64,000 nucleotides of DNA from a bacterium (GTDB taxonomy: Bacteria > Hinthialibacterota > Hinthialibacteria > Hinthialibacterales > Hinthialibacteraceae): assembly GCA_963662285.2 (NCBI GenBank), contig CAXXMV010000001.1:960001-1024000 (forward strand), in the 5' to 3' direction. The notes below the pieces were generated by a model. That model did not search any database. It worked only from the letters and a program-made list of their open reading frames with translations, and was not told where the DNA came from. A program made the translations under genes and the position numbers. Below are positions 49,898 through 59,613 of this stretch, piece after piece. Each line of letters opens with the position of its first letter. Position 1 is the stretch's first letter.

Positions 49898-49925
49898 TTG
49901 ACTCCGGCGCCGGTGAAACTATTAT
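49898..49925 (+). promoter_or_regulatory. Putative sigma-70 promoter of the rpmH operon
   Basis: TTGACT-16 nt-TATTAT about 40 nt upstream of rpmH. Confidence 0.4.
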
Positions 49926-49964
49926 TTATAGCTTAAAATCAATATAGGATGATAATAAAAAGCA

Positions 49965-50126
49965 ATGAAGCGAACGTATCAACCAAGCAACACTAAAAGA
50001 ATCCGTACGCATGGCTTTCGTGAAAGAATGAAGACGCGAAGCGGTCGCGATGTAATCCGAAGACGCCGACGTAAAGGGCGAGTACGTTTAACTGTCTCAG
50101 ATACTATGCGCGATAAAATGCGTTAA
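49965..50126 (+). CDS. rpmH: 50S ribosomal protein L34
   Basis: Below the ORF-track cutoff. Hand translation [53 protein letters not shown]; precedes rnpA. Confidence 0.97.
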   Translation: MKRTYQPSNTKRIRTHGFRERMKTRSGRDVIRRRRRKGRVRLTVSDTMRDKMR

Positions 50127-50163
50127 TAGTTAAACCAATACCGTCTATATTTGGGATTGAATA

Positions 50164-50541
50164 TTGAGATTGGACCAACGGTTTAGAAAGTCCGAACGCT
50201 TATTAAAGAAGGAAGAGATTCGAAGCGTATTGCGTCAGCGCGGCGTTGAAGGCAAATATTGCTTTCTCCACATCCATCCCAACCAAGGACCAAATTCCAG
50301 GTTGGCTGTTGTGGTCAGTCGAGCTGCAGGGAAGGCAGTCGTCCGTAACAAAGCGAAAAGGCGACTGCGAGAGATATTCCGGCGCAACAAGAATTATTTG
50401 AACCAAACACTCGATCTGGTTATTCGGGCAAAACGCTCGATAAGCCTAGCTTCTTATCGCGAACTCGGTGAAGATTTTAATAGAATTCTGAAACGACGAA
50501 GCTTTTTAAGAACCATTGATCCGAGTAAAACGGACAATTAG
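50164..50541 (+). CDS. rnpA: RNase P protein component
   Basis: F.KSERL, RLAVVVSR..GKAVVRNKAKRRLRE (RNR-type motif). Confidence 0.94.
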   Translation: MRLDQRFRKSERLLKKEEIRSVLRQRGVEGKYCFLHIHPNQGPNSRLAVVVSRAAGKAVVRNKAKRRLREIFRRNKNYLNQTLDLVIRAKRSISLASYRELGEDFNRILKRRSFLRTIDPSKTDN

Positions 50542-50575
50542 TTAAATATTTGCTCAGCGCCGGTTCGACGGATTC

Positions 50576-50854
50576 ATGGATATGTATGGGGTAATCAAAG
50601 CCATTGCCGCAGTACCTGCGCGTTTGGCCATTTCTTTCCTCACAGGGTATCATCGGTGGATTTCTCCGATGATGGCGCCGTCTTGTCGTTTTCACCCCAC
50701 ATGTTCTGTGTATTCAATAGAAGTTATTGCCTCTTTTGGCCTTTTGAAAGGTGGATATCTAACCATAATACGCCTTTTAAAATGTCAACCTTTTCACCCT
50801 GGAGGCGTCGATCTCCCACCCAAGCCTTCTCCAGATAACAAATGCAGCTTCTAA
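50576..50854 (+). CDS. yidD: Membrane protein insertion efficiency factor
   Basis: ISP....[11 protein letters not shown]...G...[14 protein letters not shown]. Confidence 0.93.
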   Translation: MDMYGVIKAIAAVPARLAISFLTGYHRWISPMMAPSCRFHPTCSVYSIEVIASFGLLKGGYLTIIRLLKCQPFHPGGVDLPPKPSPDNKCSF

Positions 50855-50927
50855 TGGCCTGCGCATGCGTATGCATGCCCATTGTAATTACAGCATAATT
50901 ATATTTGTACGAGTTTATTGTTAAATT

Positions 50928-52859
50928 ATGGATACAGAAAAAAGACTTATATTATGTTTCGCATTATCCATGCTGGTTGTCTTTGCTTTTAGCTGGCTTA
51001 ATGCGAAACCGCCGCGAGATCAACAAACTGGTGATTTATTATCCTCACCAAATCAAATCGAGTCGTCGGGACAGTCTCCGACCCAAAAAGCAACACCGCA
51101 ATCCGGCGCCCGGCAATCGAACACCCAAGATAGCAGCCCGAAAACCGAAATCGATCAAAAACCAATTGACGATTCCACCTCCCCATGGGCATGGCTGCCT
51201 TCTGAAGCGCCCGCTACGCCAACCGGGAACATTGTTGTTGAAAGTTCGCTCTATCGCATTGAATTCTCCACCCTCGGCGCAATTCCGGTTTCGTGGAATC
51301 TTATAAAATTCAATGAGTTATTTTCAAAGAAAAACGCGCTTAAACTCCAATCCACTAGAGGTTCAGAACAGCAACAGCAACTTGCCCGCCTGGAACTGGA
51401 ACTTATGGAAAAGCACGAAAACAATGGCGATTTTTTTGTAAATGCCATTAACTCTACTTTCCCTGCCGGAAGCGCGGGATTTCAAATCCGCTGGGGTAAA
51501 ACCCGTTCAGACGGAAATATCCCTTACACCTGCTCCAAATCTCATTTTGTGGTGGATAAAGAGACCGAAATTAGTTTTGTTTACCAATCTAACGGTATTA
51601 CTCTTGAAAAAGTCTTTCATTTTCATCCCGACAGTTATCACCTTGAGATGGAAATAAGAATCACCAACAACACGGGAAAAGAATTACCCTTCGATCAGAA
51701 CGGCTTCTATGATTTTGTGTGGAGCGGAGGTTTTGGTTATCCTTCACTTAGAACAGATGCCGCAAACAATGTTCTATCTCAACGCGCCGGTTCCACAACG
51801 ATCAAACCAATCGCCAGTTTCTTAAAAGAAATCAGCAATCCCACCATTCGCTCACTATCCGAATATAAATCTGCTCAGACGCAGTTGCTATATGAAGAGG
51901 ATAGTGTGGGTTGGGTTGGAGTCGGTCAAAAATATTTCCTTTCCGCCATTATCCCTCACATGCCATGTAATGATATATTGCAAGGCGTTTCTTCTTCCGG
52001 CGAAGCGGCGAGGGCTATTCTTCAGCCTTTAATGGGTGTACGCATGAAGTTGAAGCCTATAGCCAATGGAGATGTTTTTGAAGACAAGTTCACCCTGTAT
52101 GTCGGTCCGATCAATGATGAAGACCTGGGCAAGGCAAGCGCAACATTAGTCGACGCCCGGCAGATTTTCCTGCGCAGCGTCATCGGCCCTATCGCCGGTT
52201 TAATGCTACGACTTCTACAAGGCATGTATTGGCTTATTCCCAACTACGGTTTCGCCATCATTGCTCTAACCCTGCTGATGAAGATTCTGATGTTCCCCAT
52301 CTATCAGAAACAGATTCGCACAACCAAGAAGATGCAGGCCCTCCAACCACAGATCACTGCGCTCAAAGAGAAGCATAAAAACGATGCGCAGAAACTGCAA
52401 AAGGAGCAAATGGAGCTTTTCCGCAAACATAAAGTCAACCCCCTTTCAGGGTGCTTGACTATGTTAACAACCATCCCTGTTTTTATTGCACTCTATGCCA
52501 CCTTTGCCATGGCAGTCGAACTGCGCGGAGCGCCGTTCTTTGGTTGGATTCAGGATTTATCGGCGCCGGATGGAGCGTTTTACATAGCTCTTTCATCTTA
52601 CGTCATCCCCATCAACATCCTTCCTATCGCTTATGCAATTCTTATGCTTTGGAGTACCAGTCAGCAAGCGATGGCGGGACCAAACGCAACAGCAATGAAA
52701 ATCATGCCGTTGATTTTCGTATTCTTTTTCTGGTCGATTGCTTCAGGCGTAATCTTGTATTTCGTTATCAGTATATTCATTGACGTTACGCAACGATTAA
52801 TCATGGACAAAATAAAAGGAAATGAGCCGATCCCGGTCACGACCAAGACCGGGAAATAA
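50928..52859 (+). CDS. yidC: Membrane protein insertase YidC
   Basis: N-terminal TM, large periplasmic domain, YVGP, NYGFAII.LT, KMQALQP, HKVNPLSGC, ELRGAPFFGWIQDLSAPD. Confidence 0.96.
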   Translation: MDTEKRLILCFALSMLVVFAFSWLNAKPPRDQQTGDLLSSPNQIESSGQSPTQKATPQSGARQSNTQDSSPKTEIDQKPIDDSTSPWAWLPSEAPATPTGNIVVESSLYRIEFSTLGAIPVSWNLIKFNELFSKKNALKLQSTRGSEQQQQLARLELELMEKHENNGDFFVNAINSTFPAGSAGFQIRWGKTRSDGNIPYTCSKSHFVVDKETEISFVYQSNGITLEKVFHFHPDSYHLEMEIRITNNTGKELPFDQNGFYDFVWSGGFGYPSLRTDAANNVLSQRAGSTTIKPIASFLKEISNPTIRSLSEYKSAQTQLLYEEDSVGWVGVGQKYFLSAIIPHMPCNDILQGVSSSGEAARAILQPLMGVRMKLKPIANGDVFEDKFTLYVGPINDEDLGKASATLVDARQIFLRSVIGPIAGLMLRLLQGMYWLIPNYGFAIIALTLLMKILMFPIYQKQIRTTKKMQALQPQITALKEKHKNDAQKLQKEQMELFRKHKVNPLSGCLTMLTTIPVFIALYATFAMAVELRGAPFFGWIQDLSAPDGAFYIALSSYVIPINILPIAYAILMLWSTSQQAMAGPNATAMKIMPLIFVFFFWSIASGVILYFVISIFIDVTQRLIMDKIKGNEPIPVTTKTGK

Positions 52860-52997
52860 CAAAACTTCGCCGGTATAAAAATAGAAAATGATAACATACA
52901 AACTCAGACCGGCTTATTTGATTTACTTTCAAAACTTGCTTATTTATCCTTAACGGCTCCTCAAGCAACTTTCCGAAAGTAAAATGGAGAACCATAA

Positions 52998-53948
52998 ATG
53001 AAAGAAATTATTGGAACAGGAAAAAATCTAGATCTCGCAACCACCGATGGTTTGAAAAAACTTAACGCATCCAGGGAAGAAGTCGAAGTTGAACCACTCG
53101 ACACAGGAAGAAGCGGTTTTCTTGGCATTGGACGCAAATACGCCAAAGTAAGAGTAACAGTACGACCGGATATTCGCATCCGCACGCAAGTTCTTTTACG
53201 CAATATCCTCAGTAACATGAACATAGAAACAGAAGTGAAGATTGAAGAAGACGGTGACAATCTTAATATTGTCCTTGGAGAAGAAGCATCAATATTGATT
53301 GGGCATAGAGGACAAACTCTTGATGCGCTGCAATATTTTATTGCGCGTTATCTCAATGAAGATAAAGATGAGTGGCGTAAAGTTGTACTTGATATCGACA
53401 ATTACCGCGACCGGCGCGAAGAGAACCTGCGCAGCATGGCCGAAAGGATGGCGGAACAGGTCATCCGTAATAAACGCGATATCCGCACTGAACCATTAAC
53501 CGCTCCTGAAAGACGCATTATTCACATGGCGCTCAAAGAAAACAGTACGATTACCACTTTCAGCATCGGAGATGGCGCCCGCAAGCGAGTAGTCATTACA
53601 TTATCTGACAGATCAGCCCGGCGCTCCTCACGAGATGGAGGACGAGGTGGGTACAGTGGACGCAGCGGCGCAGGTGGACGCAGCAGCGCAGGTGGACGCG
53701 GCGGCGCAGGTGGACGCGGCGGCGCAGGTGGACGCGGCGGCGCAGGTGGACGCGGCGGCGCAGGTGGACGCAGCGGATCAGGTGAACGCGGCGGCGCAGG
53801 TGAACGCAGCGGCGCAGGTGGACGCAGTGGATCAGGTGAACGCAGTGGATCAGGTGAACGCAGTAGTTCCGGTGGATACAGCAACCAACGCGGCGGACGC
53901 CGTAGAAGCAGCGGACAACGCCAACGTCAACCTGAAAATAAAGAATAA
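52998..53948 (+). CDS. jag: RNA-binding protein Jag/KhpB/EloR with RGG-rich C-terminal tail
   Basis: Jag_N (GFLGIG.K.A.VRV), KH (LIGHRGQTLDALQY), R3H (ERRIIH); follows yidC. Confidence 0.93.
   Translation: MKEIIGTGKNLDLATTDGLKKLNASREEVEVEPLDTGRSGFLGIGRKYAKVRVTVRPDIRIRTQVLLRNILSNMNIETEVKIEEDGDNLNIVLGEEASILIGHRGQTLDALQYFIARYLNEDKDEWRKVVLDIDNYRDRREENLRSMAERMAEQVIRNKRDIRTEPLTAPERRIIHMALKENSTITTFSIGDGARKRVVITLSDRSARRSSRDGGRGGYSGRSGAGGRSSAGGRGGAGGRGGAGGRGGAGGRGGAGGRSGSGERGGAGERSGAGGRSGSGERSGSGERSSSGGYSNQRGGRRRSSGQRQRQPENKE
53655..53870 (+). repeat. Intragenic 18-bp tandem repeat, 12 units
   Basis: Consensus GGTG(G/A)ACGC(A/G)GCGGCGCA encoding G(G/E)R(G/S)G(A/S); four identical central units. Confidence 0.92.
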
Positions 53949-53978
53949 TTTCCAATCTATAAACTAATTCAAACAATT

Positions 53979-54016
53979 AAGCGGCCTGCAAGTAATTACG
54001 CAGGCCGCTTTTTTTT
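53979..54016 (+). terminator. Intrinsic terminator of the rpmH-jag operon
   Basis: AAGCGGCCTGC-loop-GCAGGCCGCTTTTTTTT. Confidence 0.88.
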
Positions 54017-54115
54017 ACACAATTATAGATATTTAATCCTAAAAACCGAATTCTGATTAAGATTAGGGCCTTGATTGTATATACCCAAGTTATATAAATA
54101 ATTTTTACAACCGCT

Positions 54116-55387
54116 CTAATCTGATATTTCCTCATAAGAAATGGGAAATTGGATGGTGAAAGTAGTACCATGTTTTGGAATACTGTGTGCAGAAACCAAG
54201 CCGCCCATAGCCTCGATTATCGATCGACTGATAAATAAACCCAATCCAGTCGATTCTGTATCAGGGCGCGTTGAATAAAACGGTTCAAAAATTCTGGATA
54301 ATATATCATAAGGAATTCCCGGGCCATTATCAGATACGGCAATTTCTAGAATACGTTCTCCCTCGCCCTCAATTGATTCTCCCCGGACATGGATCACGCC
54401 TTCTCCTTCAAGAGCCTGATAGGCATTGATGAAAATATTCGAGAACACCTGCACTAACTGACGCCGTTGAGCAAATACAAATGGCAGATCATCCGGCAAC
54501 AGGAATTCGACCTGTATTCCGCCTTGGGCGTATTTTACTAACCGCAATGAGCGGTCTAATATTTCTTTAACATCTACGAATTCAGCATTTTCATTATCCC
54601 GCCGTAAAAAACTTTCCAACTGCAATTCCCGAAGCATTCCCAGGAAAAGATCCGTCTCCTGCTCAATCACTTGTTTGGATTCAGTTTCATCAAGCGAATC
54701 TATTTCGGCGCGTATATTTAATATGGGTTTTTTAAGATCATGAAGCAGATTGGCCGTCACTTGACCTACCAAAGCCAAACGTTCCAAATGAATCAACTCA
54801 CGCTGCTTTTCTTCCAGAAGCGATGTTGTTTTGCGAACTTCTTCATCCTTGGATTTAATTGTATAAAACCCCAAGCCGCTGATAAAAAATAAAGATAATA
54901 TACTTCCGAGAATGGCGACCACAAATAAGAGACTGCGCCTGGCATTGATTTTTATATAAAGCGTACCCAGAACCGATTCATCTTCTCCAATAATAACCTT
55001 AGACCGAAAGGATGGATCGCTTCCGGGATGAGAACTCTTCTGCTCTATAGAAAAAAAGAAGGGATAAACCACCACATCTCCACTAGGCGTCATCTTTCTT
55101 ACAATAACTTCATCAATGTATGGATATTCCTTCTTTAATTTCTCTGCACGATTTTCTATTGCTCCCAAATGAAGGTCGACTACATCATCACCTTCCAATA
55201 ACGGAAGAAAATCACGCGCAAGAATATCCGGGAGACTTTGCACCGTCTCCTGGTGAGTTTGCGCCGCCCACAACAACGCAACCAGCACGCCAACAAGAAT
55301 TAAACCCGATAGGAACAAGAAAATACGATTCACGATGCGATAACGCCATCCAATGATAGAAAAGAGATTTAATATAAATGAAAACAA
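54116..55387 (-). CDS. Sensor histidine kinase
   Basis: Two TM helices, LLHDLKKP H-box, QVFSNIFINAYQA, DNGPGI, IFEPFYST, TGLGL. Confidence 0.92.
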   Translation of the reverse strand: MFSFILNLFSIIGWRYRIVNRIFLFLSGLILVGVLVALLWAAQTHQETVQSLPDILARDFLPLLEGDDVVDLHLGAIENRAEKLKKEYPYIDEVIVRKMTPSGDVVVYPFFFSIEQKSSHPGSDPSFRSKVIIGEDESVLGTLYIKINARRSLLFVVAILGSILSLFFISGLGFYTIKSKDEEVRKTTSLLEEKQRELIHLERLALVGQVTANLLHDLKKPILNIRAEIDSLDETESKQVIEQETDLFLGMLRELQLESFLRRDNENAEFVDVKEILDRSLRLVKYAQGGIQVEFLLPDDLPFVFAQRRQLVQVFSNIFINAYQALEGEGVIHVRGESIEGEGERILEIAVSDNGPGIPYDILSRIFEPFYSTRPDTESTGLGLFISRSIIEAMGGLVSAHSIPKHGTTFTIQFPISYEEISD

Positions 55388-55489
55388 TGCATTATACTCG
55401 ATTCACCATATTGAAGCAGAGAACAACATTCTGATATCAACAATTTGTTTGGATTGATAAGCTTGGTTTCTCCTTTTTTCCGAACTTTA

Positions 55490-55498
55490 TGATATAAT
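55490..55498 (+). promoter_or_regulatory. Extended -10 promoter, possibly giving a leaderless mRNA
   Basis: TGATATAAT ends 8 nt before ATG 55507; no SD. Confidence 0.4.
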
Positions 55499-55506
55499 TA
55501 TTTATT

Positions 55507-56220
55507 ATGGATACTCTTTCTATTGGACTATCGGGTTTAACTACATCTCGTTTGCGTGGCCTGACCGCCGCAAATAATCTAGCTAATTTGAACACAACCG
55601 GTTATCGGGAACAACGCGCCAATAGCGCCTCTTTATCGAACGGCGCAGGCGCAGTGATAAACAGTATTTCAAAAACCTCAACCAATGGGCCTCTAATTCC
55701 CACAGATAATCCCCTCGATCTTTCTATTATTGGCGATGGTTACTTTCAATTGACTGACGCGCAAGGCAATAACTCTTACACCCGTGATGGCTCATTCTCT
55801 CTAAATTCCGATGGACAATTAGTCAACAGCCGGGGATTGGCCATAAATCCGGGCATTGCCATACCACCAGACGCTCAAAACATTTCTATCGCCTCAGATG
55901 GAACAGTAAGCGCTCAGGTTAATGGCGAAACCATCCAACTGGGCGGCATTCAAATCGCCAGTTTCAGCAATCCTCAAGGACTTTCAAGAGATGGGGGCAA
56001 TTCACTATCTCAAACAGGGGCTTCGGGTATTGCCCAAACAGGAATACCGGGAACCGAAGGCCGTGGATATATTCAAACTGGATTTATTGAAGGTTCAAAC
56101 GTGGATATAGCGCGTCAAGCCATAGCTTTGCGCGAAGAAGAGAATGCATTTAAAGCCAACGCAACCATTATCCGTACAGCCGACGAGATGAAAAAAGAAG
56201 TCATTGATCTGATCGGGTAA
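55507..56220 (+). CDS. Flagellar basal-body rod/hook protein, FlgG/FlgF family
   Basis: ANNLANLNTTGY, TDNPLDLSI.GDGYF, YTRDGSF, IASDG.V, GFIEGSNVD, ANA.II.TADEM. Confidence 0.85.
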   Translation: MDTLSIGLSGLTTSRLRGLTAANNLANLNTTGYREQRANSASLSNGAGAVINSISKTSTNGPLIPTDNPLDLSIIGDGYFQLTDAQGNNSYTRDGSFSLNSDGQLVNSRGLAINPGIAIPPDAQNISIASDGTVSAQVNGETIQLGGIQIASFSNPQGLSRDGGNSLSQTGASGIAQTGIPGTEGRGYIQTGFIEGSNVDIARQAIALREEENAFKANATIIRTADEMKKEVIDLIG

Positions 56221-56236
56221 AATATACGCTAAGGCC

Positions 56237-58477
56237 TTACTTCCCGTTTTTCTTTTTAGAGAATGTATTAGATTGCTGCATACGCAGCCGCCTAACCGTC
56301 TTAACTCCATTAATGCCATATAGTTGCTGTGAAATTGTATTAAGATGATTAGTATTAACTATCTCAAGAATAAAGGTGAAAGTCGCGCTGCCGCTGACTG
56401 ACTCACTTACGCAATTAAGGATATTTGTTCCGGTCGAAGATATCATCTGAGACAGGTCGCTTAACAGATTGCGTCGATCATTCGCCCGTATCTCAATGCG
56501 CACCGATACAGGATGCGTCTGGTCTCCTGACCAGAATAGCGGTAAGAGCCTTTCAGGATGCCCATTATATTGTCTGATGCTCCGGCAGGTTGTTTTATGG
56601 ATTGTAACGCCGCGCCCGCGAGTAACGAAACCAACAATATTATCTCCCGGTAATGGACTGCAACACCGGGCTATTCGATACATAATATCGTCAATTTCGG
56701 CCAATTTCACAATAGAGCGGGAAGTATTCTCTTCTTCAAAAATATTTTGCGATTTTTGCTCGATTAACTTTTGAGGTTGGTCTACTTTATTCTTTTGCTG
56801 CAAACGGGCAATGACCTGCTTGGTTGAAATGCGTCCAAAACCGATATTAACGAAAATGTCTTCGACTTTTTTCAAATCCAACGATTGAGCAATCTCTTCA
56901 GCATCCGCAGAATTATAAAACTCACGGGGATTATAGCCCGCCCGTTGAATTTCTTTGGATAGAGTGGATCGACCTCTTCTTAGCAGTTCATCCCGCCTGT
57001 CTTCCAAAAGAAATCGGCGTATTTTATTTCGTGCAGAGGAGGTTTTGATAAATTCCAGCCAGGCGGAAGATGGCCGGTTATTTTTCGAGGCCATAATCGA
57101 TACAACATCACCGGTTTGAAGACAATAATTAAGCGGCACTAATCTGCCGTTGACTTTCGCGCCACCACACTGATGCCCCAGTTCAGTATGGATTTTATAA
57201 GCGAAATCCACTGGCGTGGAATCCTTCGGCATTCTGATCAGTTCACCCTTGGGCGAATAGACATACACTTCATCCGAAAAAAGTTCGTTGCGAATGGTTT
57301 GCAAAAAATCTTCCGGATCACGGGTATCCGGCAGTTCCTGGTTAAATAATTTAACCCACTTGGAATCTCCGCCAACACGTTTTTTAGTATGTTCTTTATA
57401 ACGCCAATGGGCGGCAATTCCATGTTCGGCGATTTGATGCATCTTTTGAGTGCGTATTTGTATTTCCATCATACGCCCGGTTTTGCTTAATACTGTCGTA
57501 TGAATCGAGCGATAGTTATTAAGTTTAGGAGTGGAGATATAATCCTTGAAACGACCGTCAACCTGCCGCCACATGGTATGCACTTCTCCCAAAACGGCGT
57601 AACAATCACCAATATTTTCGCAAATTACCCTGAGCGCTATAAGATCATATATTTCTTTGAATGATTTATTATAACGCCGCATCTTCATGTAAATACTGTA
57701 AAAATGCTTGGCGCGGCCTTCAACCGTGACATGAATCCCACGTTTGTGAAGTATCTTTTCTAAATCCGCACGCGCCTCTTTTATAATAGTTTCGCGTTCC
57801 AGCCGTTTCAAAGAGACTTTATTTTTAATCCCTTTGTACGCTTTGGGATTCAAGAACATCAGGCAAAGGTCTTCCAACTCCCATTTAATTTGCCCAAGTC
57901 CAAGACGGTGCGCTAGGGGAGAATAAACATTAAGCGTGTTTTGAGAAATGCGAATTTGTTTGTGATGCGGAAGAAAATGCAGCGTTCGCATATTATGCAA
58001 TCGATCAGCCAATTTTATTACAATCACATGCAAATCTTTGGCGGTGGCAACCAACATCCTGCGCAGGTTTTCGATCTCTTCTTCACTGTGATAAGCCGAA
58101 CTGATTTCACTTACTTTAGTCACGCCCTGAACTAGATTTGCGGTATCTTCTCCAAACATGCTTTTTAAGTCATCGTAAGTGTAATCAGTATCCTCCAGGA
58201 TATCGTGGAGTAAACCAGCCATTATTGTGCTGGCGTCCAGTTGATATCCCGCGAGAATCTCCGCAACAGCAAGTGGATGAGAGATATAAGGATCGCCATT
58301 GGCTCTTGTCTGTTCTTTATGCGCCTCATAAGCAAAAAAATACGCCTTGCGGATGCCAATAATATCTTCATCACCCAGATAATTCCGCAGGATCAACTCC
58401 AGAATAGGAAAATCATCTTCCATATCTGATAAAGTAACCGGCGTATTTTCTATTTGAATTTCACTTAAGCCCATCAT
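56237..58477 (-). CDS. relA: Bifunctional (p)ppGpp synthetase/hydrolase Rel
   Basis: HD domain (YISHPL, LLHDILED), RAKHFYSI, RFKDYI (RxKD), EIQIRT, TGS, ARCCSP, ACT. Confidence 0.95.
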   Translation of the reverse strand: MMGLSEIQIENTPVTLSDMEDDFPILELILRNYLGDEDIIGIRKAYFFAYEAHKEQTRANGDPYISHPLAVAEILAGYQLDASTIMAGLLHDILEDTDYTYDDLKSMFGEDTANLVQGVTKVSEISSAYHSEEEIENLRRMLVATAKDLHVIVIKLADRLHNMRTLHFLPHHKQIRISQNTLNVYSPLAHRLGLGQIKWELEDLCLMFLNPKAYKGIKNKVSLKRLERETIIKEARADLEKILHKRGIHVTVEGRAKHFYSIYMKMRRYNKSFKEIYDLIALRVICENIGDCYAVLGEVHTMWRQVDGRFKDYISTPKLNNYRSIHTTVLSKTGRMMEIQIRTQKMHQIAEHGIAAHWRYKEHTKKRVGGDSKWVKLFNQELPDTRDPEDFLQTIRNELFSDEVYVYSPKGELIRMPKDSTPVDFAYKIHTELGHQCGGAKVNGRLVPLNYCLQTGDVVSIMASKNNRPSSAWLEFIKTSSARNKIRRFLLEDRRDELLRRGRSTLSKEIQRAGYNPREFYNSADAEEIAQSLDLKKVEDIFVNIGFGRISTKQVIARLQQKNKVDQPQKLIEQKSQNIFEEENTSRSIVKLAEIDDIMYRIARCCSPLPGDNIVGFVTRGRGVTIHKTTCRSIRQYNGHPERLLPLFWSGDQTHPVSVRIEIRANDRRNLLSDLSQMISSTGTNILNCVSESVSGSATFTFILEIVNTNHLNTISQQLYGINGVKTVRRLRMQQSNTFSKKKNGK

Positions 58478-58494
58478 TTAATCCTTATATATTT

Positions 58495-58564
58495 TAGAGT
58501 GATTTTCATAATAACGCCCATATTCGCGAGATAATAAACAAACATATTTATGAGAACCTCTCTA
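58495..58564. repeat. TAGAG-ended MITE-like element
   Basis: Left end TAGAGTGATTTTCATAA versus reverse complement of right end TAGAGAGGTTCTCATAA (14/17). Confidence 0.55.
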
Positions 58565-58885
58565 CCAATCTTATAACTTAATTTTCGCTTCAACATTCAG
58601 TTTTTACAATGGAGAAGATAACGAACTTTACCAAAAGAAGCATTTACTTCTATCCGTGCTTTTGATACTATATCCAGATTCTTGCCTATCTTCATATAAT
58701 TATTGATGTTGCATACGCTAGCGCATCACCGATCCAACTCGCCCCCCCCCCATAACTTTAGCCAATCATAGCGATGCTTACGATTTATGATATAGAGAAA
58801 GCAGGCCTCGGCTTGCTATGTATTAGGTATTTATACATAACTAGTATAATCCTCTTCTGAGCTTACACAGAAAGAGATTTTTCAC

Positions 58886-59584
58886 ATGGATAAATCAATC
58901 ATCCACCTAGATAAAAAAACAGGATTTCGCTTCATATTCCGATCCTGGTGGGTACAAAGCAGTTGGTTGTTTACTCAAATAAGTGCGTTTACAGTAAAAC
59001 GAACTCTCGATATTATTATATCCGTATTGCTTCTCGTTGTTCTCCTGCCGCTTCTAATAATGGTCACGCTGCTGATCAAGATTACTGACGGAGGTTCTAT
59101 ATTATTCTGGCAGATTCGAGTTGGAAAAGACGGGGAAAAGTTCCTATTCCCCAAGTTCCGTTCCATGCGGATTAATGCGGAAGAACTGCAAAATGAACTA
59201 TTCAATCTAAACGTCCATAAAAACAACTTGACCTTCAAGATAAAAAACGACCCACGGGTTACGTGGGTCGGATATTATCTCCGTAAATGGAGCATCGATG
59301 AACTACCTCAACTATGGTGCGTCATAAAAGGCGACATGAGTTTAGTTGGTCCACGACCGCCTATTCCAGCAGAAGCCGCGAAATATAACCATACCGAAAG
59401 ACGCCGGTTGGATGTTCTACCTGGTTTGACCTGTATATGGCAGGTCAGTGGACGCAGTGATCTGCCATTCGCCAAACAGGTTGAGTTGGATATGAAGTAC
59501 ATAGAAGAACAAAACCTCTGGCTCGATATTATCCTACTGCTCAAAACCATCCCCGCCGTGTTCAGCGGCAAAGGCGCTTATTAG
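58886..59584 (+). CDS. Polyprenyl-phosphate sugar-1-phosphate transferase (bacterial sugar transferase)
   Basis: KRTLDI, KFRSM, DPRVT.VG..LRK.SIDELPQL, GDMSLVGPRP, PGLTC.WQVSGRS. Confidence 0.92.
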   Translation: MDKSIIHLDKKTGFRFIFRSWWVQSSWLFTQISAFTVKRTLDIIISVLLLVVLLPLLIMVTLLIKITDGGSILFWQIRVGKDGEKFLFPKFRSMRINAEELQNELFNLNVHKNNLTFKIKNDPRVTWVGYYLRKWSIDELPQLWCVIKGDMSLVGPRPPIPAEAAKYNHTERRRLDVLPGLTCIWQVSGRSDLPFAKQVELDMKYIEEQNLWLDIILLLKTIPAVFSGKGAY

Positions 59585-59613
59585 ACTATCCCCTAAATTT
59601 ATAGTTTTAAGTG

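Noticed and set aside
50905-51306. 133-aa overlapping ORF at the yidC start
   Set aside because: Out-of-frame overlap with the low-complexity yidC linker; no supporting signals.
53655-53870. Possible CRISPR array
   Set aside because: Head-to-tail 18-bp units with no unique spacers, inside a CDS, and no cas genes.
53522-53976. Three alternative-frame ORFs with striking repeats (VDAAAQ, PPAPPR, VHLRRR)
   Set aside because: They are shadows of the stop-free 18-bp repeat inside jag; no SD or independent evidence.
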